A stretch of 53,808 bases of DNA, taken from positions 1 through 53,808 of IMG/VR virus record IMGVR_UViG_3300027522_000002; one strand, written 5' to 3'. Under the pieces are notes generated by a model. That model was not told where the DNA came from. It searched no databases and saw only the letters and a list, made by a program, of their open reading frames with translations. Shown in pieces: positions 32,975 to 43,996 of this stretch. Numbering within the stretch: the stretch's first letter is position 1; every line of letters begins with the position of its first letter. Both the position numbers and the translations under genes were made by a program. The stretch is from a virus (Duplodnaviria > Caudoviricetes).

Positions 32975-35900
32975 CTGCTCGTTCCGCTGGAGTTCCTCCC
33001 AACAACTCAGGGTTCACGGGCCCTGGGGCTCGGGCTTGAATGATTGGTGAAGCCGCCGGAGTCAAACTCCCCTCCTGTTGAAGGTACGGGTTGACAGGGC
33101 TTGGTGCCTGCGGAGCAAGATCTAAGTATGGATTTGACCTTGTCGGTGGAGCAGGCGGATTAATCTCAACGGGTTTCATCTGCCGATCATCTTCTACCTG
33201 CGGATCCAACGGGCGTCCAAAGTAATTATCCTGCACGTTTTGAATAGCTGCCCTTGGCAAACTATCCAGGGCATCAACTCTCAATAGTTTTTTGTACACG
33301 TCTGGTGTGATTTTAAAGGGCTCGAACTCTCCGCGCATAATTCCTTTGATCCCACCGATGTTGTTCTCTTTAAGAGTCCGGCGAATTTCAGACTCGCTGA
33401 CACCCATGGTCCGAAGGTCTTGGATCATGCGGTAGTAGCCACGGTCATTGCGATACTTGGCGGCGTTAGCGTCTTCATAGCCCTTCAACAGTTGGTCCGG
33501 AGTAACGCCGAAGTCATCTGTCAGGCTGTTGAACATGCGCTTTGAGTCCGTCTGTCCACGTTGAAATCCGTATGCTGCAAACCGAAGGCCCTGCTTTGGG
33601 TCAAACGTTTGTTCCGAAACACCTGTACTAAGTCGAGCTAATTCTTGTTTCCAAGTCCGCTCACGGCCCATCTTATCTTGAGAGGCGATGGCATCGATAC
33701 CAAGTCCGTCACCCGCAACGCCGCGCAAGAAACGGCTGGCTTCGATTTTACCACCGGATATATCCGCCGCCGCCAGAACGTTTGGAATCATTGTGTTTGC
33801 CACATGCCCTGCCATCTTAAACAGCTTTGTGGCACCATCGTCCTTTGGATTATAAACTTGCGCCCCAGTTGATGTGCGTCCGCCACGGTATGTGATATCT
33901 AAAAGAGCATCTGTTAGCATGGCTTCGTCTAAGAACGGAGCAAACGCTTCGCCCAAGGTGCCAAATCCTACGTCCACAATAAATTGATCGAGGTCCTTTC
34001 CCTCTGCCCTAGCGGCATCAAATTCTGTAATGGCACGGTTGGCAAACCGAGACAGCACATCGTAAGGGTTCGAGGTACTGTAGTTGATGTATTTAATTTC
34101 CCCGTCTTTTGTTTTTCCCGTAGGAATCAAGGTTGCGCCCTTCATCCAAGGAGCAGCAAAGGATCTCTTAAGGGCTTCCATTTCTTCTCGAGTCACGTCT
34201 GAAATTGCATACGCGCCTTCCAGTACCGCAGCGGGAACAATCGCCGTTGTAGTAGCAAAGCCCAACAAACGCTGTTTGCCTCGTCTTTGAACGGCCTCAA
34301 TCGGAGAGGCCATATCGTCCAGACCCTGCCTCACAATGTTAAAACTTGTACGATACATCTCTGCAGGGAACGTGATGAAGTTACCAAACGGAAGCTTACG
34401 CCCCAACTTAATGAACTCAGACGCACCCTTGTTGTAGTTTGGCACAGTGTCCCGCACGATCTGTGACGCTCGGGTCTTGATAAGATCATCAATGTCCGCC
34501 GTTCCAGACCGTATCAATTGTTTTGCTTCGATTGAAACATCGTCCATGTTCTTGGTCAGGTACTTAATCTTGTCAGCCTCTGACGCACCGTCCAGCATGT
34601 GCCGTATCTTGGCTTGCTCCGAATGGTACGAGAAGTATTTCCAAATATCATCCGACCCTTGGTAGGCTTTCTCAAAACCCGCCGCAACTTTGCCGACACT
34701 TTTTGCCAGCTTACTGTCTACGGGCTTGCCTCTGACAGCCTCAATGAAGTTCTTTGGCCGAGGTTCTGCAGCGTTAGAGTACCCAATACCTTTGCTTAAC
34801 TGGTCTTGGATCTCCCTTAACTCTGCATTTGTTCCCAAGACTCCACGCCGTTGTGCGTCAGCTAGGTCATCAAATACAGCTTCACTGCCTTTGTTAAAGA
34901 TATCCGATGTGACCGCAGTCACAGCATCTTTGAAGTTGCTGCCTCTGCCAAGGCCCGGCCAATTACCGTTAGCCGTTGCAAAAGCAACAGCCGTTGTAAA
35001 GTTTCGTACCTGAGTGATGGGAGACAGAACAGTCTTGGCGTATTGAGATAAACCTTTACCCTTCAACGCTACACCTAAACCACCTCGCAAGAGTTCAACC
35101 CCAAAGTTTGACTCGCCCATAATTTGGTTGGTCAAATCTTTGTAAATTTGTTTTGGAACGTAGTGTCCGTCCAAGCTGCCCCAGCCTGTTCGCCCAATAA
35201 GCTTTTCTACTTGATCTGCGTCCTTGCCTACGGCTCCGACAACACTTGCTGCGCCGTCATCTCCGCCCAATTTAACATAGCCACGGCGAACTAATTCTTT
35301 TTTCTGTGCCGCACTAAGGTCCGCTCCGTCACGAAAGAACTTTCCAATGCCTGTGTTTGTTTTAGCCATCTTAGCGACAGTGCCGAAGTAATCATCAATG
35401 GCGTTGAACTGAGCAAGGTCGGCAACAGTGCCAAGGACAGCGGCCCGTGGATCATCGATCTCTCCAAGAAGAGCGCGAAGCTGTGGGGCTATCTTTTCCC
35501 TGGTAATGAACATGCCTGTGTCCAAACGGTCCTTCGCCACAAAGCCACCCTTTAGCTTTTCGTTTTTCTTCAAGGCGTATTTGTTCAAGAACCCTTCCCG
35601 AGCCATCTTAACTACAGTGTCGGTGGGACTGCCTCGTACTATAATTTTCTGTTTGTCCCCCGTCCCCGAACGAGCCAGACCATTTGATCGCAGGAACTGA
35701 TCGTTGAATACGTTATCAACGTCCGCTCGAGCCAGAGCGGAAAGCTCTTTCCCGATTAAGTTTTTGTTTCTCCGGAAGAAACCGTCTGCTACTCTAAGGG
35801 TCTTCTCATCAGGGACATACTTCGCATCCTCAAAGATTTTATAACGCCGACGAACGTAGCTTCCCAGCCCGTCTTGAATAACGTCCTTAATCATACGACC

Positions 35901-37082
35901 ATCTTTGGTCATAAAATTGTTATCACTTAGGAACTTACTGTCCAAAACACCTTGGCTCAGTGTGTCCACATGCTGGCGAATCTCAACTGCATCCCGTCTG
36001 ATCTCTCTTGGGAGAGCTCTTAATGCCGTAGCCTTGTCCGCAGGGTCCGCGATGCGTAGGAAATCCAACACTTTGTTAAGGGCGTTTGCTTTCTCTAACG
36101 AACCACCGTCCGGCAAAGACTTCATAGTTTTGTCCAGAGACTTCTCTATCTTGTTCATCATCCGCCCAGCTTTATCCAAGTCAGGCTTGATCTGTCCGTC
36201 CAGCAACAAACGTTTGTCTGCAATTTGTTCCGGAGTAGCACCGCGATATCTAGTAAAGACAACCGCGTCCGCAATACCTTTTTGGAACCCAGACAGGTCA
36301 TCTCCCGGTGCGTTCAATGTGCGTTTGTCCACCAGATCATCGAAATACTTACCCGCTGCGTCAATCTTTTTCTTGGTTCCCGCTGCAATATCCTTAGAAA
36401 CCTTTGCATCACCAATAGTTTTACCCGCCGCAGACAACCCACCTTGGATTGCCCCGCCAACAACACCAGCTTCTGCCAAGACCTTTAGGCGGTTTCCTGC
36501 CCGAGCAAGAGATTTCTCAGTGCCTTCCAGACCGATGAGATCTGTAGTTTGAGTAGGTCCTGCCTCGACCCAATCACCAATGGTGGTTGAGTTATCACCG
36601 GACACGGCCATTTCTATGCCAGCAACTGCGCCAAGTTCCCTCAGTGCAAGGTTAGTGCGCTCAGTCTTAGAAAGCTTGCCTGTCTTACCAGCAAGCTGAC
36701 GAGCTTTCATAAATCCTTTGCCGACTTTGCCAGCAATACCAACACCTGGAACAACAAACTGTGTTATTACTTCTGCACCAACACCAGCAATACCCTCGGG
36801 ATCAAAACCCGCCAAGTCTCGTAGGTACTCAGCCTTTTCGGTTACACTGTCTGTGTAGTTAGTGCCTGCAACAAGGTCCACGCCAAGTGTTCCAAGGCCA
36901 ATCACACCTTCACCGATGCCGATCAACCCAGAGCCAACGCCCTCGAACACTTCACGGCCTATGGAACCTTCCATGAACTGTTCTCTATTACGCCCAGTTT
37001 CTTCTTCCGGCTGTAGATAAGGGTTAGAATTTTCAACAGGGGCTTGGGGTTTGTCCAAGTCTAGGTAAGGATTAGTAGCCAT
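32952..37082 (-). CDS. Large internal virion / DNA ejection protein (1376 aa)
   Basis: Largest gene at the end of the ejection operon; helical; NPY repeats at both termini. Confidence 0.7.
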   Translation of the reverse strand: MATNPYLDLDKPQAPVENSNPYLQPEEETGRNREQFMEGSIGREVFEGVGSGLIGIGEGVIGLGTLGVDLVAGTNYTDSVTEKAEYLRDLAGFDPEGIAGVGAEVITQFVVPGVGIAGKVGKGFMKARQLAGKTGKLSKTERTNLALRELGAVAGIEMAVSGDNSTTIGDWVEAGPTQTTDLIGLEGTEKSLARAGNRLKVLAEAGVVGGAIQGGLSAAGKTIGDAKVSKDIAAGTKKKIDAAGKYFDDLVDKRTLNAPGDDLSGFQKGIADAVVFTRYRGATPEQIADKRLLLDGQIKPDLDKAGRMMNKIEKSLDKTMKSLPDGGSLEKANALNKVLDFLRIADPADKATALRALPREIRRDAVEIRQHVDTLSQGVLDSKFLSDNNFMTKDGRMIKDVIQDGLGSYVRRRYKIFEDAKYVPDEKTLRVADGFFRRNKNLIGKELSALARADVDNVFNDQFLRSNGLARSGTGDKQKIIVRGSPTDTVVKMAREGFLNKYALKKNEKLKGGFVAKDRLDTGMFITREKIAPQLRALLGEIDDPRAAVLGTVADLAQFNAIDDYFGTVAKMAKTNTGIGKFFRDGADLSAAQKKELVRRGYVKLGGDDGAASVVGAVGKDADQVEKLIGRTGWGSLDGHYVPKQIYKDLTNQIMGESNFGVELLRGGLGVALKGKGLSQYAKTVLSPITQVRNFTTAVAFATANGNWPGLGRGSNFKDAVTAVTSDIFNKGSEAVFDDLADAQRRGVLGTNAELREIQDQLSKGIGYSNAAEPRPKNFIEAVRGKPVDSKLAKSVGKVAAGFEKAYQGSDDIWKYFSYHSEQAKIRHMLDGASEADKIKYLTKNMDDVSIEAKQLIRSGTADIDDLIKTRASQIVRDTVPNYNKGASEFIKLGRKLPFGNFITFPAEMYRTSFNIVRQGLDDMASPIEAVQRRGKQRLLGFATTTAIVPAAVLEGAYAISDVTREEMEALKRSFAAPWMKGATLIPTGKTKDGEIKYINYSTSNPYDVLSRFANRAITEFDAARAEGKDLDQFIVDVGFGTLGEAFAPFLDEAMLTDALLDITYRGGRTSTGAQVYNPKDDGATKLFKMAGHVANTMIPNVLAAADISGGKIEASRFLRGVAGDGLGIDAIASQDKMGRERTWKQELARLSTGVSEQTFDPKQGLRFAAYGFQRGQTDSKRMFNSLTDDFGVTPDQLLKGYEDANAAKYRNDRGYYRMIQDLRTMGVSESEIRRTLKENNIGGIKGIMRGEFEPFKITPDVYKKLLRVDALDSLPRAAIQNVQDNYFGRPLDPQVEDDRQMKPVEINPPAPPTRSNPYLDLAPQAPSPVNPYLQQEGSLTPAASPIIQARAPGPVNPELLGGTPAERAANSFLNQ

Positions 37083-38129
<1,047 letters not shown>

Positions 38130-38137
38130 GACTATCC

Positions 38138-39349
38138 TTACCTGAGAGCACCAAGCCCACCGAAAATGTTCCCTTGCCCTTGTGCGCCACCGTAAATATT
38201 AGCTCCCGCCATAACATTTGACATGGGGCTGGCCTGTGGTGTTGCTGCTGCAGCGAGAGAGGTTCCGCTGGATGGTACGCCGGACAAGACATCTCTCATG
38301 TAAGAGAACCGTGAGAAGGGCTCGTAAGCTTCTTCTAGTTGTCCAGCACGTTGCACATCGTATTCTTTTTGTAGTTGGTTTTGTTCTAGCTGACCAACGT
38401 TAAACAAAGAGTTTATGTCCGTCATGCCCAAACTTTGAGTTGCCTCTCCTAAAGCCCCGATGCCTGTGCCTAAACCTTGGAACAGTTGGCCTGCATTTTG
38501 ACCTCTTTTCTGTTGGTTTTCAAAAGCACTCTGCGCTTGATTCTGTGCTCCGGTATACGCTGCGGAACGAAGCTGAGATCCAGTACGAGCTTTTTGATCA
38601 ATGAGGTTTCGTTGTAACTCGGACTCTTGAAGGGCCTGACGAGATCCGCCAAACGCTCCTGCACCAACAGACTGTGCGCGTTGCCCAACATTCTCTATTG
38701 CGCCAGCACGATCAATGTCAGCATAGGTCGCGTCGATAACGTCCTCAACAAAGGGGTCGTAGAAATCTTTGTAGCCGCCTGTGCGAACAGGATTGCCTTG
38801 ATCATCGAGCCGAGGAGTTCGGACAACTTCCCCTGTCGCAGGGTCAACCGATTCGTCGTATTGAATCTGACCAAGAGGGTCGTATTGAGCGGTGCTTGCG
38901 TCTAAAGAAGCAATGCCTTTGTCATAAGTGCTTTCAGCTTTATCAAGGTAATCTTTGTATGCCCCAATGCCACTCTCGTATACAACCTCCCCCGTCTCAG
39001 GGTCGGTGTATCCGGTCATACGGCGAAGAGCTTCAGTCTGTGCGTCTGTAAAACGCATAACATCTGGAGCAGCAACGCCGCCCTCAGTTCCCTCAATCGG
39101 AGTTCCGTACTGATCCGTCTTCGCCAAAGAAACATCCGAAGTAAAACCGCCGCCATCAGCGGCCTCGTACATAGGATTGCCTTCTTCATCTAAAACCGGA
39201 TTGCCAAACAAAGGAGATTGTGAAGCTATGCCTGAGACTTCGCCCGTGGTTTCATCTGTCTGATAGATGTTTGCCAAAAGATCTTTAAGATACTTCTCCT
39301 GATACTCAGGTAGAAGATTCATACTCTTGGTGATATACTCTTCGGCCAT
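38138..39349 (-). CDS. DNA transfer / ejection protein
   Basis: GAGAFGGSRQ motif, Q/G/A-rich helices, Gly-rich C-terminus. Confidence 0.65.
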   Translation of the reverse strand: MAEEYITKSMNLLPEYQEKYLKDLLANIYQTDETTGEVSGIASQSPLFGNPVLDEEGNPMYEAADGGGFTSDVSLAKTDQYGTPIEGTEGGVAAPDVMRFTDAQTEALRRMTGYTDPETGEVVYESGIGAYKDYLDKAESTYDKGIASLDASTAQYDPLGQIQYDESVDPATGEVVRTPRLDDQGNPVRTGGYKDFYDPFVEDVIDATYADIDRAGAIENVGQRAQSVGAGAFGGSRQALQESELQRNLIDQKARTGSQLRSAAYTGAQNQAQSAFENQQKRGQNAGQLFQGLGTGIGALGEATQSLGMTDINSLFNVGQLEQNQLQKEYDVQRAGQLEEAYEPFSRFSYMRDVLSGVPSSGTSLAAAATPQASPMSNVMAGANIYGGAQGQGNIFGGLGALR

Positions 39350-39354
39350 TAGGT

Positions 39355-40128
39355 TTATGCCCTCCGCTCGAATTGGTTCATCATTTCGTACATTTTAGCT
39401 GCGCCAGCACCACGATTACCGCTGCCAGCACCCTTGACTGCGTCTGCCGTCATAACAAACTCTCCGTCTGAAAGCCTAGCCTCTTGAACGGGGCCACCGT
39501 TTTGGTAAATAGTCGCAGGAATGGAATCACTGGTCCCCGTTCCGGGGCCCTCGATCATACCGCCCATGGCTCGAGTCTGGACTCTTGGAGTACCTGGGAC
39601 CGCTGTCCCTTTGTAATCAGGGCGTCTTTCGCCTGTGTTGTACTGAGCTAATTCTGTGTCGGACATAAGGTTCTCGAACCGAGGTCGGCGTTGTTGATAC
39701 AACATCTCTCTCATTATCCCACCCATGATCGGATTTGTTTGCCCGTTGGCGTCACTAATTCCAATGCCCTGCATTAAGTTCTGAGCTAGACCGCCCTGCA
39801 TTGGACCGAAACTACCGCCCGTGCCACCGCCCGTGCCACCGCCCGTGCTTGCTATTGTACTCATAGGGCCACCCATGCCGCCCATGGATCCACCGAACAA
39901 CGAAGCAATCCCCGCCGCTTGGTTGTTCCCACCACCGCCAAGAACGTTTCCTATCATGCCAGCCTGACCCATGGTCCCTGCTGTTATCGCGTTGCCTATA
40001 CCTGATTTAAACGCATCAGACATTGACCCGCCTTCTCCCAAGGACCCAATGCCGCCACCAATAGCGGCCCCCATAGGACCACCAACCGCCATGCCTACAA
40101 GACCACCTAACGAAGATAAAAGACCCAT
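39355..40128 (-). CDS. Pilot-like ejection protein
   Basis: Gly-zipper N-terminus; GG.I.GPGTGTSDSIPA...LSDGEFV motif. Confidence 0.65.
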   Translation of the reverse strand: MGLLSSLGGLVGMAVGGPMGAAIGGGIGSLGEGGSMSDAFKSGIGNAITAGTMGQAGMIGNVLGGGGNNQAAGIASLFGGSMGGMGGPMSTIASTGGGTGGGTGGSFGPMQGGLAQNLMQGIGISDANGQTNPIMGGIMREMLYQQRRPRFENLMSDTELAQYNTGERRPDYKGTAVPGTPRVQTRAMGGMIEGPGTGTSDSIPATIYQNGGPVQEARLSDGEFVMTADAVKGAGSGNRGAGAAKMYEMMNQFERRA

Positions 40129-40166
40129 TACCAATTACCCCCGCCGTTTTTGTTTTCATTTGCCAT
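40128..40166 (-). CDS. 12-aa leader micro-ORF MANENKNGGGNW
   Basis: AGGAG SD 7 nt upstream; stop overlaps the next ATG (TAATG). Confidence 0.45.
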   Translation of the reverse strand: MANENKNGGGNW

Positions 40167-40185
40167 TAGGTTTCTCCTGAGATAG

Positions 40186-40214
40186 CTTATACTTCGTTTT
40201 TCCGCCCCTGTCCA
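40186..40214 (-). promoter_or_regulatory. Sigma70-type promoter TGGACA-17-TATAAG for the ejection-protein operon
   Basis: Near-consensus hexamers in the intergenic gap. Confidence 0.6.
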
Positions 40215-40240
40215 AGCCAAAACTTGATTTAAACTTATGG

Positions 40241-40555
40241 TCACGATATGCTCACGGTAACCGCCCCCACTCCACCCGTCGAAAATATCCCCAATAAGTT
40301 AGGTTGGTTCGCTGTTGTTATCTTAACAACTCCCATTGTTCCCGCCGCATCTCTGTATTGAAACAAGGATCCAACCTCCAACCCTTGGTCACTTAAAGGC
40401 AAGTCCGTAAGGACAAGGCGAGTGTTCCGCCCTTCCCCTGGGTTCTGCATTTGCTCCAAATACAAAGAAAACGAAAGCACAACTTGCTCCATGTATCCTT
40501 TGTTATACGTTTCCGGCGCAGTAGGAAAAAACGGTTTAATTAAATTCCTAGACAT
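40241..40555 (-). CDS. Virion protein (tail-associated)
   Basis: Coupled to the tail gene by TAATG. Confidence 0.65.
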   Translation of the reverse strand: MSRNLIKPFFPTAPETYNKGYMEQVVLSFSLYLEQMQNPGEGRNTRLVLTDLPLSDQGLEVGSLFQYRDAAGTMGVVKITTANQPNLLGIFSTGGVGAVTVSIS

Positions 40556-42675
40556 TATCTACGTCCGTCTTTTTGAAGATCAACTCTAGGAGTTCCTAAT
40601 CTCCACCCAACCCCCACGCCAGTAGACTCTAGCTTTAAAGCAAAAGCGCGTCCGCGAAGACGCAAATTAACCTGCTCCGTCCACTGTTCAATGGGCGTTG
40701 TAGATGTTCTTGTAACTGACTTTTCCTGTGTCTGAAGATACAATCCACCGGGGTAGTTCCTAGCAGAAAGCGTCATGGTAGCTGCAGGAGCCCCCGCAGT
40801 TGAATCTCTAAATGTTAGGTCAGGAATCATTCTGTTAATAAAAACAAAATCTTCTCCGTCCCCAATATCTATCTGACTGCTTTGAACAAAAGCCGAGATG
40901 GCAGAACTGGGAGAGGTGCTACCATCGTCAAAACCTGTTTCGTGGCTATACATAAAATGGTCTGTGGACGCGGCTAACGGCAAGTTAATAATGCCTCGAT
41001 CAAGCCAAGCTGTCCTTTCTATAGATCCGTAAGACCAAACCTGCTCCATGTAGTTGTAGGTTACATAGCTGTCGTTCTCTTCACTACCGGCAGAAGGATA
41101 GAACCACCAGATTTCGCCAAACGCTGTGTTGGAACCCGCAGTAATTTTTTCAAGCTGCGCCGTGTTTAGGTTATCAAACACATAATCCCGCACAGTGCAG
41201 GGAAGTCGCTGCACCTGACCAGAATAAGCATAGAACTCGTTTCTGCCCATCCAGTAGACCGTGTCCTCAACGTTAATAGCGGACAAAGGACTCGCAATAG
41301 TAATGTTTTCGGACACCACGTTAATACCGAATGTAAAAGGTGGCCCAAGAAATTGCATGGCATGAAGAGAAACATCAGTAAAAACAACAACCTGTTGTTT
41401 GGTTTCAATTGCAGCAATAATTTGAGAACCAGAGCCAATACTTAAATCACCTGCAGTGTTGGTAGGTTCCGGCAACCATTTTGCAGGAGAAGACTGATCA
41501 CTAAATCGAATAAGCAAAGGATCTTCAACAGTTGATCCAATTGGGTTGCAACCAAAAGCTATAACATGTCGATCTTTGTCAGACACAATAACAATTTTAG
41601 CTGAGACGGGAGGGCTCTGGGGATCGGATAATGCGCTTAAAAAAACTGCGCGTGTGGTTACGCCATTAGTTTTGTCCCAGTAAAAAATCCCCTCGTCTCG
41701 AGCGTTCAGCACTAAATCCTCTCCGAAATTGTCGTGGCTCCAGATACGAAGGCTTTGCCCTGGAGCCGAAATGTCTGTTGCCGATCCCCAAGTCCCACGA
41801 CTCCAAGCCCCTGCGTTCCAACCGTTTCCGGTGATTGTTGTGTCAAGACCAGTGTTTATTTGGTACGTACCTACCGCAGAAGAACCCCCGCTTCCGCTGT
41901 CAGAGGCGTTAGCAAACACAAGTGTGGGTTCAAGACCATTGGTTGTAGTAATAGCGGAAATAGGTGCCACGGTTCTTGCTTCGATTAAATAAACGTTACC
42001 ATCAACAATAGTTTTAATTTGGTACTCTTGGTTAAGAACTGCGGCACTAATAGCACCGCCACTTGAGAACAAAGAAGCGGCACCTGTAAACGTTACAAAG
42101 TCGTTGTCTAACGCGCCGTGCGCTGTGTCCGTCACCGCGATTGTTGCACAAGTTACAGCAGCCCCGTCCGCATGACTTGCGGCAGTAGTTCCATTCTGGC
42201 CTCTAGCACAACCGTTTAATGTAGCCGAAGTGATCGAAGCATATGTTATTTCTTCGTTATCTATTTTTATAGTTCCCGTTGTTGGAAACCCAGAAGCACT
42301 ATCTAAAACAATAGTTTCAACCGCGGCGTTAATTGCTCCGTCAAGAGTGTCAGCCCCCGTGACAAACGTCACATCTCCTGCTGAAGTAGTAAGTCGAATT
42401 GGTGTAATGTCGTAAAACCCGCCACCCTCTAAGATATAGTACTTTAAATTAGTACCTACCCCAACGTATTGAGTACCGTCGAGAGCGACCCACGGATGCA
42501 ACGCTCGGCATGTCCCTAAAAAATTAGTACCAGAGTTTTTTACCCACCCGCCAATTTTTTCTGGAAAACCAAACCGGAACCTAACCTTGTCCATGTCAAA
42601 CCAACCACCCTTATTACTGTAAGAGGTGGTTTCTCGGTTGATTCCCGGCTTGAACTGAAGTTTGGTTAAGGGCAT
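40555..42675 (-). CDS. Tail hub / packaged-DNA stabilisation protein (P22 gp10-like) with inserted beta domains
   Basis: PGINRE...VRFR.G.PEKIGGW, beta-propeller-like repeats, EIWWFYPS. Confidence 0.75.
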   Translation of the reverse strand: MPLTKLQFKPGINRETTSYSNKGGWFDMDKVRFRFGFPEKIGGWVKNSGTNFLGTCRALHPWVALDGTQYVGVGTNLKYYILEGGGFYDITPIRLTTSAGDVTFVTGADTLDGAINAAVETIVLDSASGFPTTGTIKIDNEEITYASITSATLNGCARGQNGTTAASHADGAAVTCATIAVTDTAHGALDNDFVTFTGAASLFSSGGAISAAVLNQEYQIKTIVDGNVYLIEARTVAPISAITTTNGLEPTLVFANASDSGSGGSSAVGTYQINTGLDTTITGNGWNAGAWSRGTWGSATDISAPGQSLRIWSHDNFGEDLVLNARDEGIFYWDKTNGVTTRAVFLSALSDPQSPPVSAKIVIVSDKDRHVIAFGCNPIGSTVEDPLLIRFSDQSSPAKWLPEPTNTAGDLSIGSGSQIIAAIETKQQVVVFTDVSLHAMQFLGPPFTFGINVVSENITIASPLSAINVEDTVYWMGRNEFYAYSGQVQRLPCTVRDYVFDNLNTAQLEKITAGSNTAFGEIWWFYPSAGSEENDSYVTYNYMEQVWSYGSIERTAWLDRGIINLPLAASTDHFMYSHETGFDDGSTSPSSAISAFVQSSQIDIGDGEDFVFINRMIPDLTFRDSTAGAPAATMTLSARNYPGGLYLQTQEKSVTRTSTTPIEQWTEQVNLRLRGRAFALKLESTGVGVGWRLGTPRVDLQKDGRR

Positions 42676-42740
42676 TCATCTACTCCAATAGCCTAATCCG
42701 TTAATTACCGTCTAATAGGATGAAACTGTTCGTTTGTCCA

Positions 42741-43085
42741 TTATGTCGCCTCAACCCAGCGTGTTGTGTCTTCATTCCAAGTGTATCTTTTATCTTCACT
42801 AGCATCACTAGGATACGCAACAGGGCAATTCCAGATACAAGTATCTTCATTTAATACCCAACTTAGATAAGGCTGTGGAAGATAAAAAGCATCCCTTGTG
42901 GTATCATACATGTAGCCAATACCTGCATAGTTTTTGCGTAATGGTGTACCTCCCAACAAGTGTTTACCGCCCGTTGTGTTGTATGATGTTTGAACCCAAG
43001 TGCCTTCCTGAGTGTCAATAAAATCTTGCTCTGCCACAATCACGCTTGTAACAATCCCATCCTCAATTTTTGCATAATGTGCCAT
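42741..43085 (-). CDS. Tail-fibre-associated (assembly) protein
   Basis: MAHYAKI, WVQTSYN, RKNYAGIG, PQPY.SW; follows the Gly-rich fibre gene. Confidence 0.7.
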   Translation of the reverse strand: MAHYAKIEDGIVTSVIVAEQDFIDTQEGTWVQTSYNTTGGKHLLGGTPLRKNYAGIGYMYDTTRDAFYLPQPYLSWVLNEDTCIWNCPVAYPSDASEDKRYTWNEDTTRWVEAT

Positions 43086-43093
43086 AATTAATC

Positions 43094-43987
43094 CTACGCT
43101 GTTGTAAACGTGCCAGAAGATGTGAATACATGATAGGTGTAACCACCGCTTTCTGTTACCGATCCACCTGTCGCAGTTTGTGAACCACTATATCTAATAG
43201 CAACAATGCCCGAACCACCCGCACCTGATGAATAGCTACCTGTACGTGTACCGCCACCGCCACCGCCACCGCCTGTATTTGCTGTGCCAGACGTTGCATT
43301 CCCAGTGGTGCCGCCAGCACCGCCGCCACCAGCACCGCCAGCACCTGTCTGACTGGTGGCATCATAACCGCAACCACCACCGCCGCCACAAACAGATGAA
43401 ATACCGGGATACGAAGAATATGTACTTATTCCTGCACCACCATCACCAGCTTTGGAACCTGTCGCATCTTGACCAACCGCACCAGCACCACCGCCACCAC
43501 CGCCGCCGTAAGAATTGCCAGCGTTAGTAGCATCACCACCAACATTACCTTGACCGGAAGATGGAGTTGTAGCAACGGAAGTACCAGTTGCAGCACCACC
43601 ACCGCCAGATGAACCACCTGTTCTACCTTTGGCACCAGAATTTGGAGAATAAAACCCTTGTCCACCGCCACCACCCCCGACACTAGAGGTGTTTACACTA
43701 GCAATTTGGGAAGAAGTGCCGTCATTCCCAACTCCACGACCAACATTAGCATCAGAAAGCAACGCCCCACCAGCGCCAATAGTGACAGTATATGCAGTTG
43801 AAACATCAAGTGTTTGTGTGCCTGTAACGTGTCCTCCTGCGCCACCGCCACCAGACTGATAGTCTGTGTGTGCTGCTTTCCCGCCGCCACCGCCACCAGC
43901 AACAATAACATAAGTAATGTCATAATCAACGCCAGCACCCCTGTTTGGGAAGCTGCCGAAACCTAAAACAGAATAACCAAAGCTCAT
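43094..43987 (-). CDS. Glycine-rich tail fibre/tip protein
   Basis: VAGGGGG, ANTGGGGGG, GGSGIV.IRY, HVFTSSGTF. Confidence 0.75.
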   Translation of the reverse strand: MSFGYSVLGFGSFPNRGAGVDYDITYVIVAGGGGGGKAAHTDYQSGGGGAGGHVTGTQTLDVSTAYTVTIGAGGALLSDANVGRGVGNDGTSSQIASVNTSSVGGGGGGQGFYSPNSGAKGRTGGSSGGGGAATGTSVATTPSSGQGNVGGDATNAGNSYGGGGGGGAGAVGQDATGSKAGDGGAGISTYSSYPGISSVCGGGGGCGYDATSQTGAGGAGGGGAGGTTGNATSGTANTGGGGGGGGTRTGSYSSGAGGSGIVAIRYSGSQTATGGSVTESGGYTYHVFTSSGTFTTA

Positions 43988-43996
43988 TGCTATCTC

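Noticed and set aside
35905-36552. Long plus-strand ORFs opposite structural genes (also 45144-45758 and 47808-48479)
   Set aside because: Antisense shadows of Ala/Thr/Gly-rich genes with no independent signals.
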